Source: Epiperipatus broadwayi (lineage: Eukaryota > Animalia > Onychophora). From it: a DNA stretch of 64,000 nucleotides. Positions 41,485 to 54,149 of this stretch are shown piece after piece. Made by a program: the position numbers and the translations under genes. The DNA lies in contig JAQFVV010000001.1 in the NCBI GenBank assembly GCA_028023455.1, positions 22,568,001 to 22,632,000 on the forward strand, read 5' to 3'. The stretch's first letter is position 1. The number at the start of each line of letters is the position of its first letter. The notes beneath the pieces were generated by a model. The model was not told where the DNA came from and did not search any database. It saw only the letters and a list, made by a program, of their open reading frames with translations.

Positions 41485-41838
41485 TTAAACCATTAAACAT
41501 CACATGATCACCATTTCTTTTGCTTGCTCATAACTGTTATTAAAACAGGCAAAACTCTCCATACAGTAGTGCCACTCAGTGCAAGCCAGAGTAATCAGTG
41601 GATGCCAGAAGGCTTGTATATAAAATCCCTATCTAGTGCCTACTCATCCAATATCCCCAGACTAGTTTCTGGCTTGTGGCCTTAGTCAGCGAGGAGCTTC
41701 GGATCTAAGAGCACTGCACCTAGATCTTAGAATATTGGATGAGTAGGCACTAAATAAGGATTTTATGCACAAACCTTCTGGCATCCATTGATTACTCTGG
41801 CTTGAGTGGCACTACTGTATGGAGAGTTTTGCCTGTTT
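41485..41838. repeat. Fold-back family A, cluster 3 (hairpin with larger central deletion)
   Basis: Forward arm TTAAACCATTAAACATCACATG...AGATCTTAG (41730), joined to an inverted arm AATATTGGATGAG...GCCTGTTT. Confidence 0.9.
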
Positions 41839-42111
41839 GGAGGTTTACTGCATTGTTTTAAACAATATTATAAAAAAAATTTTTTTAACCAGGCTCAATT
41901 CAAATAATTCATTTTTTTTTTTTTAGAATGAAGTAATTCTGCAACTGAATGATTATTTAAATTATTAGAAGCTGAGAAAAATATAGATATGGATCATTTC
42001 ATTTTTTTTAAGCACAGTTATCATACCACAATTCTCTAAATATAGAAATGCCAGTTGTTAAATAGCAGTCATAAAGTTTTCAATGTTTCAATTTATCTTT
42101 TTTATTTAGTA

Positions 42112-42728
42112 CTAGCTGTACGCGACCATGCGTTGCTGTGGCTCAGTCTGGTTAAATGGAAAAAGAAAAGAGAAAGTGCATGTTTCTAATATGTTTAATT
42201 TCACAATGCTTGTGGGTATACAATATTTTTTTGTTGTTCCAGTGTCTGTGCAGATGTAGATTGTCTGGTTTACCAACTCTAGAACATGCAACATATAATT
42301 GTCCATGTGAAAAGTAATTCATGTCTAGATCTAAACTGCACAATTCTAAAGATTGGCCATGAGCTTTGTTGATGGTGATTGCAAATACCAATCGAATTGG
42401 GAATTGCATTCTCTCACACAAAATAATTAAATCAAAATGAAAATAAATTGAAATCTATGAAAATTCAATTTAACAATGCAATCGAAAACATTGAAATGGA
42501 ATCGTAAAATATTTAGTATAGCGTGTGTTGCTTTTATGTCCAACAGATAGAGCTGTTTTTCAAAAAAAAAAAACCTTTTTACCTGTCACAGGTATATAAT
42601 AGTAGATATATAAAAGTACGCGCATATTTGAATGCAACGTTGTGTCAAAATTTCAAAGCAATCGGTGAAGAACTTCCGGAGATTTAAGATTTTGAACAAA
42701 CGAACATTTACATTTTTATTTATATAGA
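42112..42728 (-). mobile_element. Non-autonomous Helitron carrying the 3' end of a PIF1-like helicase
   Basis: Minus strand starts A|TCTATATAAATAAAAATG and ends with a GCCACAGCAACGCATGGT hairpin plus CAGCTAG|T (insertion between A and T, no TSD). Peptide [20 protein letters not shown]...[19 protein letters not shown] matches Helitron helicase motifs V/VI. Confidence 0.9.
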
Positions 42729-44337
42729 TTTTTTATATGCTTATTAAACACAAAGTTCATTTTCTATCAAATAAAAATCTTCTATAACATATTGTGAAGG
42801 TAGCTAAAAATCGCTACCACAACAAACCTTAGCCATCTGAAATAATGGAATGTTTTTTTATGTAAAATGTTTTTCTATTTTTAACAGTGTATTAACTTCA
42901 TATTAAGTATTGGGAATGATGGGTAATTTACTGGTAAAAACACACATATATATTAGTAATAAAATTTTATTACTAAGAAAATATCAATCTTGATAAAAAA
43001 AAAAAATGTACATAGTTATATATATGTTAATCATTGTATTGTGCTAATTAAAATGACAATGACTTAAATAAAAACAATAATTATAGCAATAGAAAATAAA
43101 TCAATATCTGAATATAAGAGATAATAATATGTTGTAAATTTATTTTCTAATGTTTTTTTTATAATGAATCGGTATAAAAAATATTTTAAAAGATGCAACG
43201 CTGGTGTAAAACAATGGGAATAGCGTGGATATAAAAAGAAAACAATTAAGATTTTTTTTTTTATTCTTGCTCTGCGTTCGATCTGACAAGTTTTATTAGA
43301 ACTATTATTTTAATATTTTTTCTGCAAAATGGACATTTTTTAAAGTAGTGTCTCAACAAATATCAATGTTTTCCTGGTTAATTCGTCATTCGGAAAAAAA
43401 TAGAGGAACTGAATAGAACTTTCTTATTCTAATTCAAGAGTCAGATAAGTCAAAATAATTTATCAATTTAAATTTTAAAAAAAGAAAGTATTATGATTTT
43501 TGTTTAAAAGAAACTTAAAAAAAAAGAAATCAGAATAGTTGATTTAATTTAATGTTTATATAGCCAAAATTACAAACAGGAAAGAGCTTTATTCTGTCTA
43601 TAAATATATTTCATTAAATGCAAACCGCATATATATTTATATAAAGCTATATATATAATTAAAATATGAGATACATTGGCTAGAAGGATTAATTGTCATT
43701 GGGGTGGAGCATTTATCTTATCCACTATGGCCATATGAGTATTAATATTTAACTATCTACAATTTAAGTGCCTGAGAAGTTGCAGCTACACAAAATGAAA
43801 ATCTACGTAACACAAAACTACTACTGCCAACTTAAATAAATTCAGGATATGCTATATAAAATTAATCAGGAGTTAATGTCAACCATAAGAACTTTGTGTA
43901 AAAAGGACTCTGAAAAATAATTATGCTTTAACATATCGATTCATAGAAGATTGTAAAATTATGTTTTATTTTCTGTTGTACAAATCTGTATTTTTATTTA
44001 TTATCTCATCTTATATTTGAGAAGTGTTATTTCTAATTCTACCAGGAACAGTCCAATATATGAAAATATCAAGAGAGTAGGGGAGGGGAAAGGTTGAAAA
44101 GTCTTTTTTTAAATAAAATCTAGGCGATTTATTTTCTATCAAGATATTTAGTTATCAACTATGCACATAAAATTAAGCACTCCAATAGAATACTTAACGG
44201 TAAGAGTTTTTTTTTTTTAAAGTCACTGAAATAATCATTGCCACAACATGACATGACTATTTATTATATATGTGTTACTAATTGTATTCTTAAGATATAA
44301 TGAGGAAATGATTAACACTTTTAAAATAGTATTCTTT

Positions 44338-44410
44338 ATCATTTTCTATTATATTCTGTCCCCCCCCCCCCCCCCCCCCCCCCAAGGGATCATTTTCTAT
44401 TATATTCTGT
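44338..44410. other. C24-AAGGG insertion flanked by a perfect 22-bp direct repeat
   Basis: ATCATTTTCTATTATATTCTGT at 44338-44359 and again at 44389-44410, with C24 (44360-44383) plus AAGGG between the copies. Confidence 0.9.
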
Positions 44411-44804
44411 GTTGTTTTATTATTATATTTGTCCACAATTAAAATTGCATACTATATCTGAGGTTACATTTAAATTTACATGGAGTTCGCAATCTCACTT
44501 TTAATTAATATTTTTTTATTATTATCTTGGATATATAGATGTCTATATTATGGGTGTCTATCATGGGAGGGTGATTAGTTTTAAATTAAGTAAAGAAATG
44601 ATAGATACTCATCATAGACATAGAAACTGTAAGTACATAGGGATATCCAAGTAATTTATAGGCATTTGTAAATATTTTTCTTTATTGAAATTTTTCTATT
44701 CTAAATTGATTGGAAATTTCTTTTATGTTTGAATATATCTTACTTTTTTGTAAATAAATATTATGAAGTTTTGTTATTTGACAAGGTCTCTGTAGTTTTG
44801 TTGA

Positions 44805-44856
44805 TCCAGCATTTACATTCAGTCCAGCATTTACATTCAATCCAGCATTTACATTC
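44805..44856. repeat. Three tandem copies of TCCAGCATTTACATTC (18-nt period)
   Basis: Units start at 44805, 44823 and 44841. They produce the NVNAGL repeat in track ORF 44682-44894. Confidence 0.9.
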
Positions 44857-45003
44857 CATCCTATAACCAATATTTTACACATGCACACATCCACATTATT
44901 GTTTGATAAGCATGTGAGAGAATATTAAATAAAGGTTATTTCTTTCTAATAGATAGGATGTATTATTTTAGTTGTTGATTAACAGTTTGCATAGATACAT
45001 ACC

Positions 45004-45444
45004 TGTTAAGAGAGTCGAATGCGAATTCTTCCTGAGTTCGAATATCTGAGGCAATGGTTTTGGAAAAGAGTGGTGAGATGTTAGATGAACTGATTTAAAT
45101 TACATGTGGCTTTGATGGATAATGCTTAGGCTAGTCTATGAGAGATGTATGTAATCATGAATCAGATACTTCATCGTGTTATCTCTAACATCCTACATGA
45201 AGACCCTAGGTCCGACAGTAGTTAGATGCGAGCTTGCTCTCTTTCTCCTATATACGTGGATGGACCTGACTTGCATTTGGCACTATTAACTTTAGGATAT
45301 GGCAGATAGGTGTACTAGCACTTTTAGATTGGATGTAAATTAATTATACGTTGTGGACAAACCAGCTGATTGATGAAGTTGATTTGTGTAGCCAAGTGTA
45401 TTTGCGGACCGGCACATCCGGGTATATCCGACCATAGCATTACA
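45004..45444 (-). mobile_element. Candidate solo LTR (441 bp)
   Basis: Sharply bounded GC- and CpG-richer block with TGT...ACA ends (TGTTAA at 45004, ATTACA at 45444) and a TATA-like TATATAGGAG on the minus strand. The flanks (ATACC / ATATA) give only an imperfect TSD. Confidence 0.45.
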
Positions 45445-46899
45445 ATATATTATAAACTTTTTCAAAGAAGTTAATTAATTCCAAAGAATCTCCAAACAAA
45501 AAATATTTTAATTGAAAAATAAAAACTATCTTAGAATCTGTATTTTCCTTAATATGAATTGAGATCTAGTTTTTAAGCTTCATTATAAAAGCAGATAATA
45601 ATAAAAATTTGCAATCTCATGACTCATAAATGTTATTATATAATAAAAATTAATTATCGAACTTCTAATTTCAAATAAAATTAAACATTAACTTAAATCT
45701 ATTTTATAATAAAATTAGCATTTATATTTTATTGAACTCACATTTATTTTTCTCTTTATCTAGTACTTTGCTATTATTAATCTGTAAAATTATTTATAAA
45801 AAATTTCAAATTATTTAAATTATGTATAATAGTTTAATTAATGTGGTAAAAATAAAAATAAATGAGTTATTGACATGAAGTTTGGGCATCAAAAGTGACC
45901 GAATCATGCCCCATGGATCTTGAACTATAGAGCTGCCTTTCTATTACTGTATTAAAGAACATGGACAAGTAGTCAGATATCTGGCATCTGGATTCATAAC
46001 CTGGAGTTAAAACACAAATGAAACTTTGGAAAAAAAATTTCAGAGCTTAAGAAAACAGGATTTTTATTTGAGGAGAAACCCACAACCAGATCAGTTAGCC
46101 ATTTAATTATTGGTTGATAAATAGGTATTTAATTACTCTTGACTAGAAGGTAAAATAATTTCAAAAACTGAAAACTCTCACTATATAATAACTTAGAAGG
46201 AAATAGCTAAAAAGAAGTCAATTATTATTTTATTGTTTGTTTATAGTAGTTGTTTTCTATCTAGATTTTTTACAAAAACTATCTTGTCATTCATTGCCAT
46301 ATATACCATTGCAAAATCTTTCTGACTGATATAAATTCAAATCAACATATTTTTATTCTTTAAATTATTTTTTATCTTTTGTTAAAGAGCCATTCACAAA
46401 TGTTAATTTTTAAATAAATCTTGAATTAGTAAATCAATTTCAGGATTCTTCAATTTTAATTAAGGTAAATTAATATGGATAGTAAATAACTTGGTTAAAA
46501 AAAAATAAAAAAAATGTGTTTGAAAAAATGCGACAAACAATTTTAGAAATTATATTTGTATAATATAAACTCAAATTAATTATATGAATACAATTTCTGA
46601 AATTGTTAATTGTAAGCTGTCTAATTTTAATTTCAAACCTTTATATTAATATAAATTGTTGTGAATATAGCATAAACAGGATAAAAATAATCAGTTAAGA
46701 ATTCATATATAATTTTTATTAATTTTGGAAATATATTTTGCTATTTACTTAGTCATTTTCTTCTACGCTTTTATGCAGTAATTTTATCAAACAGCCAGTC
46801 ACTATAGAATCACATAGCTTTTTTCATTAAAAAATTAAAATAAATATTTCTCCAAACATGTGAACTAATTTTAAAAAATATATAAAAGATCATCAATAT

Positions 46900-48600
46900 C
46901 AATTTAATATATGATAGTTTCTCCAAGTTTAACACAATTTCTTCTATCCTAGTTTTTTTCTTTATCTCATATGAAATATCTAAGTCTCTTCCAATCTTTT
47001 GGGATTAAGTTTAAGGGTTCAGTTGGTCTGTTATCTTTTCTATAATATAACCAGCCCAGTTCCATTGCAGCTTTCTAATCGTCTCAAAAATGTCAGTGAT
47101 GCCAATTTGTTCTCTATTCCATAGATTTCATTTCTAATACCTCCTTGATAATACAACACACATTTCTTCATACATGACTATGTGGTCTGTAGTTTCCATA
47201 CTGTTATTTTGTTATATCCAAGTCTCATGTCTATAAATAAAACTTTTTCAAGTATATACATATCTTTTTTGTTATTTCTACCAAAACACTGAAATTAAAT
47301 TTTATGTTTAATTTCAATCGTTAAATTTTCATTCAAATTAATAAATTGACAACCATGGTCAGAGGTTTGGGGGGGGGGGGAGTTTTCTGACAGAGATATT
47401 TTAAATGCTTTCTCTGGCTAAGCATTTACCACAAACCTTGTTGAGGAATTGGTAAACCTCACTGTTTATATCTCACAAGCTTAAGAAAATTGGGTCATGT
47501 AATCTATGACTCTTATTTTGACTAATTATAATTAACTTTCATTTCATTACTATAAATCTTTATTTTCTTCTTATTGAAAACCATAATATAATTACTTAGC
47601 ATTTATTTTTAGGCTTACTTTCTCACTGTCAAATGATAAGTTCCTGTAACATTTTCTGAACCTCTGAAACATAATTTTTGAAAATAATTACAGTATATCA
47701 TCTGCAAAATCTTCATAACTTGAATAATCTTGACTTATTTTATTTTCTAACTTCCCATAAAATGTTTTTTTGAGAAATAAAATCACATTATATTATATCT
47801 TGCCAAGTTATGCTTCTTTGTAATATGTAATCTATTCAGACTCAATGGAGATGTCAGTAAATATTATTATTAATAGTTGATTATTTCAATCTAATTTTGA
47901 TTATTTGTTATTATATTTGCTTTAGAATCTGACAATATTTTGGGGACATATCTAGATATTTCAAAGCCTTAATCAATATAAGTATGCTTACAGAATCAAA
48001 TGCTTTTTTTTATTATAATCTATAAAACCAATGCAAAGTGGCAACTCATATTCACTAACTTTCAATAATTTTTCTCAAATCTTGGATGTGATCAATTCTC
48101 AACAAATACTATGTAATGACTTGAAGTAAAGATTTTATATGAAACTATGCTTAAAATAACTATAATAATTCCATCATTTTCTGGAGCTTTTCCATTTTAT
48201 TTAGATTTAATTGCTTATCCCATTTTTCATTTAAAATACTTGGACATTTCAAAAAGTTTTGTTATAATTTTGGGGCTACTTTATTTTCTTGTTTTTTATT
48301 ATTATGTAATTTTTATTGAATACTTCTACACACTTAATAATGTTATCCCACCTTTTAGTAATGGCCCATATTTTCTTCTTATTGCTGAAAAATTCTATAT
48401 TGTTAAATTTTTGTTCTCTTCTAAAGCTTCATGTCAATTTAATTATATACATTCCTATGTTAAAATTAACTCATTATTATTCAATTTAATGGTAATCCAG
48501 AAATTCAGTTCTTCTCAATAGATTCTTGTAAACATTTTCATACTCCCCCCCCCCTCCTTTTTTGGACATATTGTTAGTCTTAATTGAAGATTTACTGAAT
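46900..48600 (-). mobile_element. RTE-clade LINE remnant (RT domain and 3' region)
   Basis: Minus-strand motifs: AIKSK*NGKAPENDGI (~48160-48230), EYELPLCIGFIDY..KAFDSV (~47995-48060), L*RFADDIL (~47690-47720), QKMLQEL..SEKVSLKIN and IRKLQWNWAGYII (~47050-47100). Frameshifted. Confidence 0.85.
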
Positions 48601-51600
48601 TGCTTTTTTTTAACTTCCTATTATATAAATAGCTATTCTTTCTTAGTAAAGTTCTAATATTTTCTTCTTAATCTATTCCAAGTTAGACTAGCTTCAAAAT
48701 CTTAATATCTAAAGCAAGTTGAAAAAATTTAACTTAAATTCAATGAAATAATTCTTAAAGTTAGGAGACTCAAATATTGAGAAATGCAGAGCTTAATTGG
48801 AAATATTTTTTTACTAGACTCTAGTATCACAGTTAAGATCTGTGGAATTTTAGAAATATACAATTTATTATAAATTGTATATCTTTATGGTAGAGTGATA
48901 AGCAATCAGAATGAGTTTTAAAAGTACATGTAAATTAATGGATCAAATGGATTTAAGTACATTTTAATAGAAAATTGTATACATGCAAATGAAATTAGTC
49001 AACATGCAGAATGCAAAAGTATTTTTAAAAATAAGTTGTTACAAATCACTTCTTTGTGACTAAAACGATTTAATAAAAATATGAGATTTAATTTTTGTTT
49101 GGGAAAAAATCAAAATATACACAGCAACATAGTCATATATGTGCACATATATATATAAAGGAAAGGAAAAGTAGAAACAAACACAGACAAAATTTTTGTT
49201 GATCTATATTTTCTACATTTCTTGGAATAAAATAATCATAGTAAAAGAGTTAAATAACTCTGGATTTAAAATAGAATTTTATTATAAAATAAACATTTAA
49301 AAAGAGCTAATAAATAGTTCTATTTGTAATTCTGATTTTAAAATTGAGAAACAAGCATGTTTTATGATCTACTGATAATTGTACAAATTTCTGTTATCTA
49401 TTTTTGAAATCTTTTAATCAATGCTCTATCTATCTAAAAACATGTAAATCACACCTTTGGTAAAATTTCAAAGTTGTTTCCAAAAGTAGTTTGTAATTAA
49501 AAGTGATTTGAAAAGATTAAAATTGTTTTAAATCAAGATAAGGATTAGACAGAAGAAACTGTTTTAATTAAGGTGTTTTTTATCATCTCAGATGACACTT
49601 AGAAAAAGGGCTGATAAAAATATCAGTTCAGTTTGACTAATAATTTTTAGAGAAGCATTGTCAGTAAAAGCTAGCTAGTAGAGTTACACAGAAAACTATC
49701 ATGACAATGTAAGGATGCAAGGAAGCAGCTGCTCACAATTCAATGGCAGAGTTTGAATTCATATGGAGGAAAATGATTCACTTCTTTGTGTTGAAATTCA
49801 TAGGCTACAAAGGTGTTCCGAAAAACAACTTGCTGGCCTGAAGCCCATCAAATCCTAAACAGAAGGGAAATGATGCAATGCCAACCATACCTGAATTATA
49901 CTTTCCTGATAATGACAAGACCTGGACTATATCTTTCTTGATGGGACAATCCTGGACTGGCTCTTACCAAGAGAACCCCAGCTTGCTGAAGAAGCAATTA
50001 TACATATGCTGCTGTTTATATGCAGAGAAGCACAGATAAATGTATACACAGCTGGTGAGTAGCATTATATATAATAACAAATTTTTAAATAATTTCTTTG
50101 GTAAAATCACAAATAAAATTATATATTTTAAAAGAAGGCAAGTAAAATTTTGCTGGAATGAAATGATTGATTCATAGTCACTTCCAAAACTCAAAAATCT
50201 TTTAGGGTAAAAAAAAAAAAAGAACAAAGGAAATTTGCTGGAATTTTTTTTTTTTTTAAAAAAAAAGACATTTACAATTAAGAGTACCATGAATAATATA
50301 AATCTGCTTGGATTAAAAATCTAGAAATAAAAATTTAATTCATTGACCTTATATTTTTTTAAAGAAAACTTTAAATAGTAATGAGAGAATTAATAATTGA
50401 TTTATATTATTTTTTATATACTGTATATACACGCAATGTGAATTTTATGCATATTCAAAATGGAATTAGTAATTATAAAAATTAATGTTGTTTATTATTT
50501 TGATAAATTCAAATATGATAAAAAATGAACTTCATTTATATCTTATTCATCAATTGTACTGCACTTTGTATGCATATTTATATATCAATGCGGTTAAAAA
50601 TTAATGTCATTTATTGTTTTGACAAAATTACATTTATGTTAATAAACACATGTCTGTGCGATTATATCTATGTATTGTATGCAAATCTATTGGAAGACAT
50701 GTGTAAATCACAATGTAATAAATCGAATTTTTCTTTTATGTTAATCAACACATATATGTAAAATTTAATCTTTTTTTTTTATTAAATGTCAATTCAAACA
50801 TGTTCATTTAATATCAAGCCAAACCTAGTAAAACATATATGTAAACCACAATGGTAACTTGAGTTTTGTATAGTAACCATTGTAAATCACAATGTGATAA
50901 TTTTTTATTGTATGTTAATCAAAATAAGAAAGCTTTAATGTGTATAGCCATATTCTAAAGACCTTAGTATCATTTTTTTGTTATTAATAAACTTATTCAA
51001 TTATTAAAATTATTCCAATGTACTTGATTCTAAAAGTTTTGATCATGTAAATCATCATCTTAATCACAATAACAGTAATAGAGCTTATGTTCACTGAGCT
51101 AGATTCGTATATAACAGTCTGATTATATTAATAGGGACATATTTAGTGCTTAAGGGATACCCAGTATGATTGATATATCCAGAGATTATATTCTTTAAAG
51201 CCTATGCATATTTTTTACATGTCTTATTAAAAATTAAGTTTATAGTTGGCCAGTATATTAATGGTACAAGTGGCCTGAGCATTGATGATGATCAGCCCCA
51301 GCATTATTGTTTAGATTTTTGATTCTTATGTATTCTGATGGATGAGCACTTAAAAGATAATTGCCCCAAGCTGGCAATGGCAGAATGACTATTGATTTAT
51401 TGTATTCATTTGATTGCTGATCATTCATGATGATGAATAGTTATTTCTTTTGAGTATTACTTATACTTATTGATATGGTTAATTATTCTTTTAGGTGCTC
51501 TAAGGAGATAACTGATCTCTTCTGATCTAGCTGGCTGATCTCTCATGATTTCATGCTCTCTTTAGAATCTTATTTATTAGAAATTATACTTAAATAATAA

Positions 51601-51689
51601 AAATTACTTTAATATTTAATTTTAAAATGTTTATTATTGATGAATGACCACCTAATACCCCATCACATTATAATATATATATGATACTT

Positions 51690-52260
51690 TTTTTTTAATG
51701 AATATAACTGCCACATTGTTCAAATGTTCATGCTGAATTGGTATCTCAAGTAAATTTTGATCAGGTTTTTGGTTTAGAAAAATTATTTTCTCCTGATGCC
51801 AATCAATAAGATTTTCAAAAAAATCCAAAGGGCAATAACATTTGGAAATGCAATATGCCACTTGTTGCAAACAAGGAATTCATGAAGTTTTGAACCTCTG
51901 TTCGCAGAACTGGTTTCATTTTCTCACAAAGCATGAAATCATTAATACCCGCTAGTTTTATGGCTTGTTCTTTTTACTATGTCACCTTAACATTTAGCAA
52001 TGTCATTTCCTGGTTGGTTCAAGTGTTATGGACATTATCATTTGACCAAACAATTTCACTATAATGATTGTTTCTAAATCTATCAAAGGTTCATCAGCAA
52101 ATTCATTATTTTAATTTTTTTTGAGAATTGAATATCTAATTTTTATGCAAATTATCTGCCTGTCGAGGCTTCATCAAAATCTTTTTCTTTATATGACTTC
52201 ACTCAGAAAGTTTTTGCAATGAAGGAAACCCTGTAGCAACATCCACAATATTACACTGAA
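51690..52260 (-). mobile_element. Degenerate hAT transposase C-terminal (dimerisation domain) fragment
   Basis: Frameshifted minus-strand reading FPNV.IALWIFLKI...ASGE..NFSK..LIK.YLR...HLNNVAVIFIK matches the hAT consensus FPNxxIALRIFLTIP.T.AS.ERSFSKLKLIK.YLR...RL..LA.I.IE. Confidence 0.55.
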
Positions 52261-54149
52261 GTACTTTATAAAATTCACTTCAAAAAATATTTGCAAAGTA
52301 ATAATTCAATATTACTTTTTACTTAAAATAATTCTTAACACTATAATCATTCTCTTCTTTTAGAATCTATATAACAGCAGAAAAAAAAAGCTTAGACCCT
52401 TCTTTTATCAATAGGTATGAATAGAAAATAATTAAATGGATCAATTACCAACTATCACTACTTAGATTTTTATTATTATTGCTATAAAGTGCAAAGAAAT
52501 AGAGGTCAGCAGTTGTACTGATAATCATTTTAACTCTCATTATCCCAAGATCCTGATCAATAGTCATCTAGTTTTATTTTCAAATTTATAATTTATTTTT
52601 TAAAAAATAGTACTTGGTGGAATAAGACTTGTTTATAAATTCATTTTATTTATTTTTTTTTTGTAACTATTCATAAATTCTCTTTTTTTTTCACATTAAA
52701 TTTACAAATATTTTTTTCCAATCTATAAGTAAAAAATAAATTGCAGAAAATGTTTAAATACAAAAAAATTATTGCAGTTAATAGCAAATTTCTTGTTATA
52801 ACTATATAATATATAATTCAGCTTTTTTGTGCTTTTTAAAAGCAATTTTATTTTATTTCCTTCTGATTAATATATAAAAGATTAAACAGATCTCTGATGG
52901 ATGCTGCAGATTCAACTGAAATAGAAGAAAATAATACAAAATTGCTAAAATGCAAAAAAGAGAAATGATGTTATATTAAATTGAACAATAAAGATAATGA
53001 AGATATTGAAACACATATATATATATACAAAATATGAAATTAAAACAGATTTTGGGAAATATTGTCAAAATCCTTAACAATAATTTTTATGGTCAAAACA
53101 AACTCTTTAAAATGACTTTGGTCCACAAATGGACAAAAATTTAAATAAGCAGATAGATTAAATTGCAATAAGTATAATACATCTTCAGGGCTAATATGTA
53201 GTTGGGAGCAAGTGCTATGAGCTTTATAGACTTTTTTTTCCCTTTTAATCACAATTTCGATCAATCATGGTTGAAGAAAATTGAAAACAAATTTGTAAAC
53301 TGTTTCTAACTGCTTTTTGCCTGAAAAGCTTTAAAAAACCAAATCAGTGTTTTAAAAAAGAAAATAACTAAGAAAATAGATACAGAATAACCAAATGCTT
53401 GCTGTTAAGCTTTTTCAATTTTCCTTTCTTGTTTGATCCTCTAATTAAAAATAGGTAGTCATTTATCAATCAATAATTTAACATTGATATTTAATATGAC
53501 ATCAACCTAAAAAAAAAAAAAAGAAATTCTAAACTTTCTAAGGAACTGAAAAGATGTCACAGTTTATGAATATCAGATCATAAGCTTGGTATTCAAATAC
53601 TCTAATCACCATTATGCTTTAGTAGCTGTTAATAAAATGAAATTGACATTTCTATCCAAAGAATCTTTTAAGATTTACAATTCTTAACCCTGCCAAGCGA
53701 TATGATACAATTGAGATAAGGGATGCGCTGATAAAAATCAAAAACTTTGTAAATGTAATTCAAAATCGTAAAAATTAGACTAATTATTTAAATATGATAC
53801 TATATATAAAAAGATCAAGAAAAGAAAGTACTGTATTAAAATTGCAAAAAAAAAATTAAGATAGATATTAAGAACACTTGCAAACACAATACAAGTATTT
53901 ATAACTTTTATGACAAGACGAACAATTGTAATTAAAAGTTTTTCTTATAATTTCATACTTAACAAAAAATTAAAACTGCATACTGTGCAATGTATTACAA
54001 AAATATGTCTATGGAAATCATAACTAAAAACACTATGACATATTAAGATTGATTAATTACAACAATCCGTCCACGGAAGTTGAACCAATAAAATATCTTT
54101 TAGAACTAAAAAAAAAAAAAACCCACAAATTTTACTAAAAATTTAACTT

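Noticed and set aside
44805-44856. CRISPR-like or peptide-repeat gene (NVNAGL x3)
   Set aside because: These are contiguous tandem units without unique spacers in a eukaryotic intron, and the ORF has no other coding features.
49660-50060. GC-richer stretch that could be a nested exon or retroelement fragment
   Set aside because: Translations in the frames I checked gave no recognisable motif and contained stops, so I could not assign it.
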